DNA of 64,000 nucleotides, from the NCBI GenBank assembly GCA_010405405.1, contig MU004244.1:375895-439894 (forward strand). The letters run 5' to 3'. This DNA comes from Microthyrium microscopicum (taxonomy: Eukaryota). The notes under the pieces were generated by a model, which saw only the letters and a program-made list of their open reading frames with translations, was not told the origin of the DNA and searched no databases. Position numbers and translations under genes: made by a program. This document shows positions 12,601 through 24,917 of the stretch, piece after piece; position 1 is the stretch's first letter; every line of letters starts with the position of its first letter.

Positions 12601-13641
12601 TTAGAATTAATATTATAGTAGCTTATAGAAGCTTACTAGTAAGTCTTCTTAGGAAAAGGATTTAAATAGCTAATACTTTATTAATAACTAAATTTAGCTA
12701 AAGAAGGTAAAAAGTAGTTATTATTATTCTCTATACTTAAGAATTTTAATATACTACTTTATTAGCTATAAGCTTTAGCTAGAGAAAATAAATATATAAG
12801 TATATTTATAAATAATTATAAATATTCCTTAGAATAAAGTTAAGTAACTAGACTTAAAGATTAAGTAGTAGAACTTAAAGCCTACTATAAAGATTTAGCT
12901 TAATTATATTAAGCCTAAGAAACCTAAGAGTAAGTACTACGCTTTCTAAATAGCTTTAAAGATAATATAATTAATTTAGTATAAAAAGCTATTTTAAAAA
13001 GCTTTTATAATTAAGAGCTTAAGAAGAATTAAGAATTAAAGAAGGAAAATATATAAAGCTACTTATACTTAATAATATTAAAAGTATAAGAGGAAATTTA
13101 CTTCTACTAGCTTAAAGTATTATAAAAGTATAATAAAGAAGAAGAAGAGAAAATAATAGATTATAAAGCTTTATAGATATAAGATTAAGTCCTTATCTTA
13201 TATTTACTTAAACTAGTAATTATTACTTAGTTCTTTATTACTACCTATATATTACTTTTTATAAACTTTATTCTTTAAAACTTTAAAGTATAGGTTATAT
13301 ATATTTTTTACTAGATTAAGTAGCCTTAGTATATTTATATAAACTTCTTATAATTTCTTAATTTATTACTACTAATAGCCTCTATATAAATAAACCTTTT
13401 TAAAAGGATTAGGAACTATAAACGCCTAAGTACTATTTATAATAATTTAACCTAAATTTTAAGAAAAATCTTAGAGAGATAATTCTTTAGAGATTACCTT
13501 ATAATATAGCTAAGGTAATAGCCTTAGACCTTAGATAAGTTCCTTATTAGTTATTATAATGTTCTTTTTATTTTACTTATTTATTAAAGCTATAACTATA
13601 GGATTTATAATCTTAAAAGAGTTTATGCTAGTAAGAAAGAA

Positions 13642-13793
13642 TATTATAATAAAAAATATACTAAGGAATTAAATAATTATAGGACCTAATTAAGGATAAT
13701 ATAATCTCCTAATTAGCATATCCTAAAAACTATATTAGGCCCTTAGACTCTCGTAGTAATCAACCACGCTTTATTTCTCATATTCTTGCAACA
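13642..13793 (+). repeat. 3' LTR of the Gypsy element
   Basis: Second LTR copy ending ttgcaaca, followed by TSD ATGAG and preceded by purine-rich agtaagaaagaa. Confidence 0.92.
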
Positions 13794-14314
13794 ATGAGCA
13801 TTCCCAACGTCCAGAGTGTTCTCTTGCATGCCATCCAGCCTATCAGGGCTCAGAGACCTTATGCATGCCTCTGGTTTGCTCACTAATCCTCCCTGTTCCT
13901 TACGCTTTCATTGAATCTGAGCTCGGGGCCTCGGAGCAACCGCGGATTCAAGGTTTGGTCAGCGGCCCAACCCATGTTCCAACACCTTTTAGAGACACCA
14001 CGAACTCCTTAACGTTATCTCATCCCTGATTACTTCCTGATTACCTGGTCCTGATCAGCACTTTGTCTTGATGACCGACCGCTTCTTCGGTGCAACTCAC
14101 AGCTGTTAGACGATCAGGTCCCGAGCGTTTTGCGACACCACAGTCTCCACCAGTTCAGATCATGCACTCACCCACAGTCGCCAATGTCTCACAAACACAC
14201 CAGAATTCTTATCGCGCGATGCTCACATGCACAGCGCCCTAGACGACGAACCATCGTTATTGAATAAATGATCAGTTACTCAAAAGCCTCCTAATCTCGT
14301 TTTCTTTTCCCGCC

Positions 14315-16071
14315 ATGCACAACGTCCGGTCTTGGGCGCGGCTGGCGGTGAGATTGTATATTTTATTTTTCTCTCCGCAATCTGCGCAACACGAATTGTA
14401 CACGTATCTGGGATCCAACTCCCCTTTTCAGACTGCTGGGCGTACGGGGCGCATGGCGCAGCTCTCCCCAGATAACAGAAATGCCTTGTCGCAAAATGAT
14501 TCCGCAAATGCCCTAGTGTCTAGTCTGACACACCTTCTTTTCCTTCCATGCGCCTTCTAGCGTGTTTCCTGGCCAATGCGTGTACTATTCTTGTACCGCA
14601 TGATTCGGCGCCGAAGCAGTTCTACTTGCGACCTGTATTCCTCAATGGGTTGTGGCAGAGTCAGCTGCGGATAATAGATTTTGACTTGCATGTTTTGTGC
14701 AATGTTCTTTTTTAGAGTACATTCCATTGAGGCGCATAATAGGCGGGAGCTTGAAAATGCCTTAGAGTCATCCTCAGTGTCACAGATTTCTCGGAAATGG
14801 CTTCCAAATTCCGAAATGTTTTCTACCTTAGGAAAAGCACTGTAAGACGATGCATATCCATACCAACTGAGCAGTCCAGTGAGCTAGTCTTTTGGGATAC
14901 ATCGGGTACTCACGTGTATTATCTGGTATTTTAACGCATTGACTGAAGTTACGCCAGCAATTAGATGCAAAAAAATCGCCGATTTCACAAGCAAAAAGAA
15001 CTATTCTAACAGTCATTCGGTCGACTTGGAAATCAGTGGCTTGAAAGTGCAATGGAAGAAAAAATATGCAAAACAGCTTTGCAAAAGCTAACTTCGTCGA
15101 GATCATGGTGTATGCGTTCAGCAGGTACAAAGGTCCAGCTGAAAGCCTCACAGATTTTTAACCATTTTCTTTCATTGATACCGTACCTCTGACATGACCA
15201 AAAGCACTAGGAATTTCCGTCGTTGGCCGTCGTATAATTGAGACCACAAGAAACTGAGGATCGATGGCATGAACCCTGATATCGCCAGGAAGAACAAGCC
15301 AGAGCGACCTACATTGATGCTCCGGGCGATCCATATCAAGACCCTCATCATCCACGCTGGAGATATCTCCGGCTAACGCTGGCTGATTATGATTATGATT
15401 CCGATGACAGCATTGAAATTTGACGCGAATGGCTTCAACGAAGAAAACTGTAGCCCAGCGAAGCCCGATGAGGAACATCCAGAATATATAAAAATGGCAC
15501 ATGCATCGGAATGGAAGCTGGGCCACGAGCCACGCATTTGGAACCCTTCATATTCCTGCACGAAGCCCTCTTACCCTACAATGATACGCTGGAGCATTTC
15601 AGTCTAAAGACAACTCCATCATATAATGCCTTCTTCCTTGCGAGCTGGGACCTCATATCGGATTTCACGAAATTGCCCAGGTTGAGATACTTAGAGTTTG
15701 ATGCCCATGTTCTACGGACCCAAAAAGGCGAGCAAGATGAAGTTCCCCCGTCAGGCATACCATCTTCTCTTGCCAAGATTCTTCCAGCTTCTATTGAGGA
15801 TGTGCGAATGCTAGCATATAATTCGAAGTTCCAGATATTACATGCGATGCTGAGGAGCCTTCCTCATCGAAGGGCGCGATACCCCAACCTGCGGACCTTC
15901 GAGATCGCCATGAATGGAGTATCAAGTATCCACACGCTAAGTCGTTCATTCGAGTCCGAAGAGCGATTGATAACGTTACAAGCAGCACTAGAAGACTTCG
16001 GCATTCAGCTAGCATTCCAAAGGATCGTTTTTGAGCGAAATATGCTTCACATTAGGCGTTGGGAATACTAG
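14315..16071 (+). pseudogene. Disrupted F-box/leucine-rich-type fungal gene (only the C-terminal ORF 15511-16071 is open; 5' boundary uncertain)
   Basis: C-terminal ORF has the LPRLRYLEFD...LAKILPASIEDV pattern typical of fungal F-box/LRR-like proteins. Upstream coding-like pieces lie in different frames with stops (frame change near 15480-15560). Confidence 0.4.
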
Positions 16072-16162
16072 CATTGATAGGAGCTTCCAAATCAAGCTCG
16101 CTATCGAATGGGCCTTCGCACGAGCCTGGGAAAGTAGGCAACTAAAGAGAGAAACACATACA

Positions 16163-17579
16163 TCAAAGTCGATGATTTTTATTACACTTAACAAGGTAGT
16201 TCTGAGCTCTGGTAGCATGAATACCAAAGACCTTCCCACTACAACTATCGCCAGCGATCATCCATGGACTAATGCTACAGCTTCTACCTCTCGTATCCCA
16301 AGTCCATGCTGGACAGTTATGATGTTTGTCACAAGCTTTCAAACAACTGAAGGCGACCCGGACATCGTGTTCTGATACAATCAAATCTGTTCCTCCAACA
16401 TAATCTTCATTATATCTGACGGGCATATGGTGAAAACTTGAGAACGCTGGCCGCTGATAGATATTCCATATATGATGCCACTGAACCAGATTTTTGAGAC
16501 GCCTCATCAACTCTCCAAGCTGCCGCATATCATGGGGTCCCGATACATGATGGAAAGAAACAATAGGTAGGCAAAATCGATCTCTCATGATACGGGTAGT
16601 ATTGGGGCTCGCTCCATTGAACAGTAGCTCAAATCGTTCGTCCAAGTGTATGCCAATCTTGAGCAAGGTCGTGGCGAGGAGTTTGTCGCCCCAAGTCTCT
16701 GTAAGCGAATTTGAGTATGCCTCAGATACTATCTCTGGATTCTTTGTGAAGAGATCACATAACTAGTACCGGACCTGATAATAGGATAGCGGACCCTCCG
16801 TAAGCGAATCTGCCTTTGAAATCACCCACCGGGCCTCCAATATAGTGGTGAGCTGTGGGGTCAAGATACTGGAGAAGCCAGGTCAATGATGACTTGACCA
16901 GATAGGTATCATCATCCATGAGAATGCACCATTTCTTTCTCGGCATGGTATTGAAGGCTAGTTGCAGACCGGGGATGAACTAATATCGGTTAGTCAGTTG
17001 GATAGACTGCGTCGTTCAGAAAGTAGGAAGGTATTTCACCTTCATGGCGTCAAGCTCCCATCCTACAGTTTTACCAATTTCGAGGGCTGTTGTTTCAACG
17101 CCATTGGTAATGGCACTGGTCAAACTCCTGAAAGACTTCAATCTCAGTATTGAGCTCGTGCGGTTGAAGTCTCCATTCTCTATCGAGGCAGATATAACAT
17201 CATGAACCTGTATCCTTTGTCCGTTGCAGGTATATTTGGTCCTCTGTTCCGGCGTCCAGTCGGCAACTACCACTATATGCTCAGAAGCGAATCCATTTCT
17301 CAGTGCTGCTAGCGATGCTGGTAGTCGATCCCGGTTTCCATATCCAGTTTTAGTGATTACACTGATGTCTTTCAAAGTGTCGACATTATATCGAAGGCTT
17401 TGTTGAAGCCAGGAACTGTCAGTAACAGTGGGCCGGAATCTGACATTGAAACGGGTGTAGTGGAATCGAGCCCACTGCTTGACTGATCAGTTGTGGAATA
17501 GTATCGTGATAAGTAGGAGCGTGGATGCAATCACAGCAACTATAGTCCGCGATCATAGGCGTTTGTTGAGGAAGTTCAT
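16163..17579 (-). pseudogene. Glycosyltransferase family 31 (Fringe-like) pseudogene
   Basis: ATG 17579 with an N-terminal TM segment; motifs ITKTGYG, GWELDAMK, KKWCILMDDDTY, TWGDKLLA, PIVSFHH; intron 16980-17039. In-frame TGA stops at 17553-17555 and 17487-17489, and a frameshift at about 16760. Confidence 0.8.
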
Positions 17580-18408
17580 CATAAAGTATGACCAGTACTA
17601 GAAAACAGGAACGGAACCTGCAAGCTTGGTCCCTAGGGGCATGGAAGAACTTCATGTTAGCTTTTAATGCTTCATTGAAAAGTCGAGTTACACGATATTA
17701 GATCTGCGTGGCTCACTGTGTAACTCAATGAAGCCACAGAAGTTTACTGAAAGAGTGGAATACACTGTACAGTTGACGTCTTGGAATTTCGAAGATCTAG
17801 TGAAAACGCGTTCTGCGCAGGTTAAATTATGCCAACTGCCTTTCAGAATTTTATACCGTTGGAAGTTCTTTTAGACATAGAGATCCGCGTAGATTGATCA
17901 TGTTGAAAGAGAGGCCGACGAGGATATTATATCAGAGATGTTTTGTAAAGTCAAAATCTCCATGGAAAGTGTCGCTATCTTGTGAGAAGTGTGTATGATT
18001 TTTTTGAGTTCAGTCAACTAGCAGTGTATCTATGTGATTTCTGCTGGCTTTGAGGGTTTACTGTGCCTCTCAGTAATCAATACCTAAACAGCTGGGCCCT
18101 TCTGATGAAGCCATATAGCAAATCATTGAACTTTGAAGGATCCGTAGGATTCAAAAGAGTCGATTAACTATTGATTGACAATGTTCAATTTGGCTTGCCC
18201 GAGCGAAGCCTGAACTTATCCATATATCGATAGAGCATGTTCCCAAGTTCTACGATGGTACTGTCATGATGAGAGCATAATAGCCAATGAAGGCTTGACC
18301 TGGATTCTCAAGGGCCTAGCTGATTGTCACAATAGATAGAACTTCCGAATGTACTCGATGTGATCGGCAGGTTATGTACGCAGCATTAGACAAACGATCT
18401 ATTCGTCT

Positions 18409-20134
18409 CTATTCTTGTATCGTAGAGTCGTGTTGTAAGCCTCCCCTTACCGACCTGTCTCTTTTCAGCATGTTCAAGAAAGCACTTGCGCCACCAACTA
18501 GTAGCAATAGACCATTAAATCCAGCCATGATAAAGAACGGTATCCCTGGATCCACATTATCAAACAGCACTCCTCCAACCTTGGTAAGCAGTAGAATGCC
18601 TGCTCCGCCAGCAAGTGAGTATACTCCAGCAATCGAGCCTTTGAGATACGCTCTCGTCGACATCTTCTTCGTTGTTCCCACCGGCCGAATCAACGGTGTC
18701 GCCTCCGAGTCCACTGCTTCATGCAGCCCATTCCCACTTCCAGTAGCAACCTGCTCCTCTTCCGTATGAATCCCCCTCGCCAACAGCCCCAAACTGCATA
18801 CAATAGCCCCAATCTGACCAATTCCCATCATCATCACCAATAGATAAATCGCCACCCCACCACCCTCGCCGGGATCTGGACTCGTCAGCCTTCCAAACGC
18901 TGCATTGCCTGCCAGACCTGCGACAGCTGCCACCAGCAACGGCGCGTTGCTCGAGCGGTAATGTGCGCCCAGATATCCAAAAAGCGGCGCACAAAGTAGA
19001 GCCACAAGCTGCGATACGCCTGTCAATTTCGCAGCAACGATATACGCTGTCCGACACTCATCCTTGATCACCGACGGTGGAGCCCCGGGTTCTGACGTTG
19101 GACATCGTCCACTCTTGATGAAATATGCGTTCACGTATAGCGGTATGAACAGCGAAATCGCAACAGATGATGCGCGCGCTACAAAACCACCCACATACGC
19201 GAGACCAACATCACCATCTCTAAAGCCCAACGCAACCGCACGTACCAACAGCGCCGGATATGCAGTTGGCGGCGGATGCTCGCCTCGTAGGTCGGAGCGA
19301 CGACTTATGATATGGCCAATAGATTTCGGTCCTTCTCCGGGTAGATTTGCCAGACCGAAGATGCAGATGATGCCGACGGCGAGAGCGACGCTGGCGACGA
19401 TGTAAAAGCTACTGGCGACTGCTTGGCTACGCGACTGGCCGATTGCTTGGAGGTGTGCGGGGAGCGGAAGGAAGAGGAAGAGAGCGAGGAGGGCGCCGAG
19501 ACCAGTGGCCATGCCGACATAGCCTGCGAGACGGGAGCTGGATGCTTGCGGGTCGTGGATATTGGAGGATGGTGGTGAGAGGAGGGTTCGGGCGGGTGTG
19601 ATGGTGAGTTCAGAGGAGATGGAGGGTGTGAAATCTGGATCGGATTGAGTGTGGGTGGGAGGATCTGGTTTGGACTTCTGGGTCATGCTTGGTAGTATTG
19701 CTGTTACCATCGTTGATCTGACAAAGGTTAGATGTGGTTCTTAGATATATCTTGGTATACGAGACTTACGTTGCTGAACCCCCAATGGCAAAGAACAGCC
19801 TCGCCAACAACAATTGTGGATAGACATTCTTTGCAAATGTCACGGTCACCAGAGCCAGACCGACAATGGTATAGCCCGAGACAGCAACCCACCGTACACC
19901 TATTCTGTCACTCAATACACCCCATATTGGACAGGCGAACAGAGCAAGTAGCTCGTCCGCAAACCCCAATGTGCCTACAGCATCACCAACATGTTTCTTT
20001 TGTCCGATGCGCTCGGTGATGACAAAGGAAATTGCGCTATTGAGGAATACGAGAAATGATATGCTGAAGAGACAAACGCAGAGAAAGTAGGTTGCAGCTT
20101 GAGATGGTGTGGCTGTGATTCCGAGATATGTCAT
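18409..20134 (-). CDS. MFS transporter
   Basis: Many TM helices; MFS motif A-like GVLSDRIGVR and LARLFFAIG; intron 19718-19769. The true start may be slightly upstream (about 20169, via a short intron). Confidence 0.85.
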
Positions 20135-20766
20135 AATTGATAGAGTGGGATGTGATGTACCCCGAACATGGCGCAGCGTTGGTTGAAGCTGGTGGGGTCA
20201 ATGAGATCAAGAGACGGGTCCAGGTTGTGATGCAATGGATTCAGATCAGGTGTAATTATTTCGATATTGTTAACAGTGCTATCTTGCTGAATTCCGAGTA
20301 TTGGATGATGATGTCGTGACGATGTTCTCTCAAGCCGGAAGTTATACACCAGAGGAGCCTTGCAGCCTTATCCGGTCCCGGTTGCAACTTGTACTAACCT
20401 TCAAGTTATGAACCATTCACCTTCCAGCCAGGATCCCTGAACTCTAGTGTCTGGAACAATATCAATCTTCAACTAGTTCAACCAGTAATGATCGAAAGAG
20501 CAACTAGCCAAAGAGGTCAAGTTGAGCGCTGGGAGGCTGGGCGAAGCCGTTGTAAACTTGTAAACAAGGAGGCAGTGCGGTTGTGGAGACGGATCATGGA
20601 CTGTTGCTTGATGTCCGTAACTTCCCGGCTATTGGCTCTTGAGACATAAGAATAGATTTAAGTTATGTTTGTGTCCCGTCTAAGCTCTAAACTGTCTTGA
20701 CTGTCCAATACACATGAGGCTTGGTCAAAAACAGTCCTTGTTTCTGCACATACCGTAGCGTGGAGG

Positions 20767-21347
20767 GGGGAGTAAAGGACTTGATCTTTTGATGAAACTA
20801 CATTATCTTTTGAACTTTTTTTAGAAGCCTATTCTTCTCTAGAATATAATGTCTTGAGTAGATCTTATGTTCTGTGAATAAAAGCACTTACGACTAAAGA
20901 TGAAGAAGGTACGATAGTATGTTAGAAGGAACGAGGGCTATAAAAGGGGAGGCTTAAAAGTTATCTAGCTATATCCATTTGCCCCGCAATTCTGATTTAG
21001 TAATTGTGATTATCCTAGTAAATCTAAGCCGTAATTATGCCTCGCCTGACTAAGCTTTAACGTATCGATCTAGCCTCTTTTGTAGTTCGAATTGTAATGT
21101 ATAAAAATAAATAAAATAATTATTTCTTGATCTTCTTTATCTCTAACGTAATTCAACCTTATTGCCTATTTTTTTGCTTTTAGAACATGATCAAAACATA
21201 GCTAGAAAAGAATGTTTTTAAAGAATGCTTTTCTTACCAAAAAATACTTCTTTGAAAGAGTGCGCACGATGCACCACTATAAGAAACATATATTTTCTGC
21301 AAAAAAAGCATAATAGTATAATTACTAGTCGATTTCTGTTACTGCCC
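20767..21347. repeat. AT-rich island, probable RIP-degraded TE relic
   Basis: Abrupt TpA-rich stretch within GC-balanced intergenic DNA. Weak terminal inverted similarity (ggggagtaa / ttactgccc). Confidence 0.35.
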
Positions 21348-21895
21348 GTCGCGCGCTACGGTACATAAGTAACTGTAGACAGACACACATCATTTCCAAC
21401 CATCAAATGTGAGCGGGCGAAAGTATTATCTAATGCTAATCTGAAGTATCATAAGCCCATATTTGGTTAGTGATATTTGAACGTTTCAAGTGGCGGCTTT
21501 CTACCAGATTGATAGCAAGGTAGTTCGTCCCTTTCAACGCGACCCAAGTAGCCAAGATACCAACATGGTATCGTGTAAGAGCTAGTCCTGTCCCCTTCTG
21601 TAGATCCTTTATCCGTATAATAGCGACTTGTGTGCCTGCACGCTATCTTACTTCTCCTCCTCCCCTCGCTTTTAACTCTCGTTTATTGTCTTGAACCTGT
21701 CGCAATACCTCCACAACGCCATTGTTCCTCGCGATATTAGTCTGATAAACCCGACATATCCATACAAATGATTTTGGAATCAATAGGCTTTTGCCTACTA
21801 GGCCTCGTAGGCCAAACTCTTGCCCAGAAAACCGGGCAAGTAAATTTCTTCTACTCACCACGTAAGTTATCACGCGACATGTCGAAACATCATTG

Positions 21896-22803
21896 ATGTC
21901 ACATCCTAACGTACTATCTATAGTCAAAGACTCCTGCGAATGGGGACCAGCGAATACCTTCCCAGCATCAAACAATACCGCTAACGGCGGTCTCTGCGCA
22001 TATTTACCCAACACAAACAGACTCTACGCCTGCCCTGCACCGGACCCGTACGTTCTACACTCTTACACCTTATAATATACACATCACTGACCTCATTCTT
22101 CAGAACATGCTGGGCTTTCAACCAAAGCTGCAAAGGCGGTACCAACACACCCAGTGCCGATCAAATCCTCTGCGGAGCATCCAACAGCGCCGACCAGTGG
22201 TGTTGCGCCCAATACGAAACCTGCACCACTTCAGTAGGCCAAATTAATGTCTGCGTAAGCAGCTTCAACAGTCCAAATAAAGGAACTACTCCAGCCGAAG
22301 CGCGCGCAGCAGAATATAAAGATCTTCCCTCCGCTTCGATAAAAACTGACGCGCCCACTGCTACACCCAGCGCGTTTTCTACCCGCCAACTTGGCGCCGC
22401 AGCCAAGAGTTCAGACTCCTCCTCGTCGCAGTCTTCGGGCAGCAGTAGCAGCACCTCATCCTCAGGCTCAGCAGCGACATCTAGCAGTGCATCGTCCAGT
22501 TCTGGAATATCTGGTGGTGCCATCGCTGGCATCGTGATTGGCGCTCTCGCTGTATTGGCCATTGCGATCGGCGCGATTGTATTCTTTATGATGCGACGGA
22601 AAAAGAGAGGTTACGCAGCAGCATCTACAGGGCCACATGAGAAGCCTGCTGCAGGTGATGGTGGATACTATGGGCCAACGTCGTATGACGCGGGCGGATA
22701 TCAAGCAGGAGAGACGTATGCGAAGGTTCAGCCAGGAACGAGTCCGCATGTTGCGCCAGCGGAATTACCAGCGCAGGAGAGGCCGCAAGAATTGCAAGCG
22801 TAG
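21896..22803 (+). CDS. Single-pass membrane protein: Cys-rich domain, Ser-rich stalk, TM helix, short tail (Mid2-like architecture)
   Basis: Exons 21896-22047 and 22104-22803 join in frame (intron gtacgt...cag). Contains WCC motif, Ser run, GISGGAIAGIVIGA TM segment, RRKKR stop-transfer and PAELP tail. Confidence 0.8.
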
Positions 22804-23182
22804 TTACTCTCGGTTGCCGGATCTTTGTCTTTGGAGCGTTGGCGTAGCATAGCACTGTTTTGATTCCTTCTCACTGATGAATGGGGCACTTGTCATGATG
22901 CATGGCAGAATTGTCTCAATAAAACCTCGATTGGAAACACTAATACACTGCTAAGTAATACAAAGATCCTACTGCTCAATACCTCATCAGAATAAAGATT
23001 TGATTTTGAAGACATATTATTAGCAAGAAATACATGGTCCGACTGACTGAACTCAAGCCAGGGGTATTTTTTCAGCACGGACCATATCGCGATGCCAGAT
23101 TTCTAGATTTCCAGTCTCCAATCCATCCCTTCTCACAAATCCACCGTCTTTCTTTAAATCTACAACGTCTAAAACCGCCAAA

Positions 23183-23558
23183 ATGACACGCGCATCCCAA
23201 ACAATCGCCTTCCTCGTCGCTCTCGTTTCCGTAAGCCCGTCTGTTTGCTGCCATAGCTCTCTCTAACATCCTACAGGTCTGGCTAGCTTTGTTCCTAGGC
23301 TACATCCCAACATCAACCAAAGTACAAGACGAAATCGTCCCAGTCGTACGTCCCTTCCCCTTGAAAGATACAGATACATGCCTAACAACGCGATAGCTTC
23401 CCTTCTGGTCGATCGTATCCTTTGGCGCATACCTCCTTGTAAAACTCGGCTACGGCGTACTCACCTTCAACGACGTCCCTGAAGCGCATAAAGAATTGAT
23501 GGCTCAAATTGAATCAGCACGCGAAGAATTACGCAGCAAGGGCGTTGAAGTCGATTAA
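23183..23558 (+). CDS. DPM3: Dolichol-phosphate mannosyltransferase subunit 3
   Basis: Exons 23183-23230, 23277-23345 and 23397-23558 give MTRASQT...LPFWSIVSFGAYLLVKLGYGVLTFNDVPEAHKELMAQIESAREELRSKGVEVD. Not in the ORF track. Confidence 0.93.
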
Positions 23559-23870
23559 GTAGCTCGATGGGACAAGGGCGTATAAATCAGGTCGGATGTA
23601 TAACAGGGACGGCTTAAGTGTGTAAGAATAATTTCCAAGAGCATGGTATGAAAGCATCAGGCGTAGGATAATTGGGTTGCATTAAAAACTATGGAAGAGC
23701 GCGCGTGTGCTAATAAACTCAAAGAATAACGAAGTCATTTCGTGCTTGAAAGATGCATCTTGGGAAAATATCATTAATTACCACCATCATTTCATCTGCT
23801 GTCTGTCATCCCCCGATTCCTTCTCATCATCGATGATCGACTTTGCTTCCCAAGTGGCCTGGAAGACTAA

Positions 23871-24454
23871 TTATAGGGTGTCGTGGGCGGGATCTGCGAC
23901 GAGCTTACTGCCCGAGCGAGTATGACGACCTGGTGCCTCAACAATAACCGGCTTGTGCTCGAATGGTGCCCAAGCAGGTCGTAGGTAGTAGCGCCAGCCG
24001 CCCCAATTCCAAGTTCGTGGGTCGAGATCACGGATCGGGCGGTGTGAGAAGAAGATCCAGTGGATTACGAAGATGCTGAGTAGAAGAGCCATATTGCCTA
24101 AAAAACACATTAACATTCGTCCCATCAACTCGTCCAGAGACCTTTCAACTTACCGACGATAAAGGCAAACAGATGCTCAACAAGTGTCCCAACAGCATGA
24201 AGCAGCGCGCCAACAAGACTAGCAAAGTGCTTCACAATATTCTCCGCCGTGAGCACAATGGCATTCAGCAGCGCAACGAACGAATAAATGAACTGGATGA
24301 GAATATGCCATACGGACTGTAGCAGGTGTTCGCCAGCCAGGACTAGTTCTTTCATGATAGAGTGATCGAATACTTTTGGTACTGGTGGTGGAGGTAATGG
24401 TTTGGAGTGTAGTAGTAGATTGTTTGAAAAGGCGCGGAGGTTGTTGAAGACCAT
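23871..24454 (-). CDS. Small hypothetical membrane protein
   Basis: Two ORFs joined in frame by intron 24098-24153 (gtaagt...ttag); hydrophobic segments. Confidence 0.65.
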
Positions 24455-24917
24455 GGCTGCGGGTTGTTGTTGGGCTTAAAGAGCTATGACGGGTGGTGTA
24501 TGATGTAAATAACAGAGAATCCTGTTTTCCGTTTTCAACAAAGGAATGGGTGGTATGAGGGTCATTTCATTGTTCGCTTGGTCACTGGGGGGATTCTGAA
24601 TCGAGATTCAATGAACGCGGACTAGGCGGCCAATTAGATGGGGTTGCGGGCAGCCTTATGCTTGCGGAATGGAGTGTAGGAATTTCAAAGCTCGATGTCT
24701 GTTTTTTGATCACGAACATAGAGCTTATTTTGGAATAAATAATAGGGTGTTCGGATGAGAAACAATTTTTTTGTCTATGCTATTTGGGGTTTGGGATGTT
24801 ATCCTTGGACTGACAAATTGGCAAGGCTAGAACTTACTAGTAGGGATACACTTTTTGGGTTGGTAGATTGGCAAGAAAATGATCATATTTTAGATCTATA
24901 TCAGAACCACATTAGAC

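Larger units (their letters stand above)
2881..13793 (+). mobile_element. Full-length, RIP-inactivated Ty3/Gypsy LTR retrotransposon
   Basis: Paired 152-bp LTRs with TGTTG...CAACA outer termini and 5-bp TSD ATGAG (2876-2880, 13794-13798). De-RIPed motifs occur in Gypsy order: gag CCHC knuckle 5338-5379 (CWNCGKPGHYAANC), protease DSGA 5592-5603, RT (MCIDYR, YPLPRID, MPFGLTNAP, YLDD at 7679-7690), RNase H about 8100-8450, integrase (YNPQSNGKIERFNG about 9329-9370, GPY motif about 9785-9805). Purine tract precedes the 3' LTR. Confidence 0.93.

Noticed and set aside
20767..21347. Defined MITE with terminal inverted repeats
   Set aside because: Terminal similarity is short and imperfect and no TSD is visible; kept only as a low-confidence relic.
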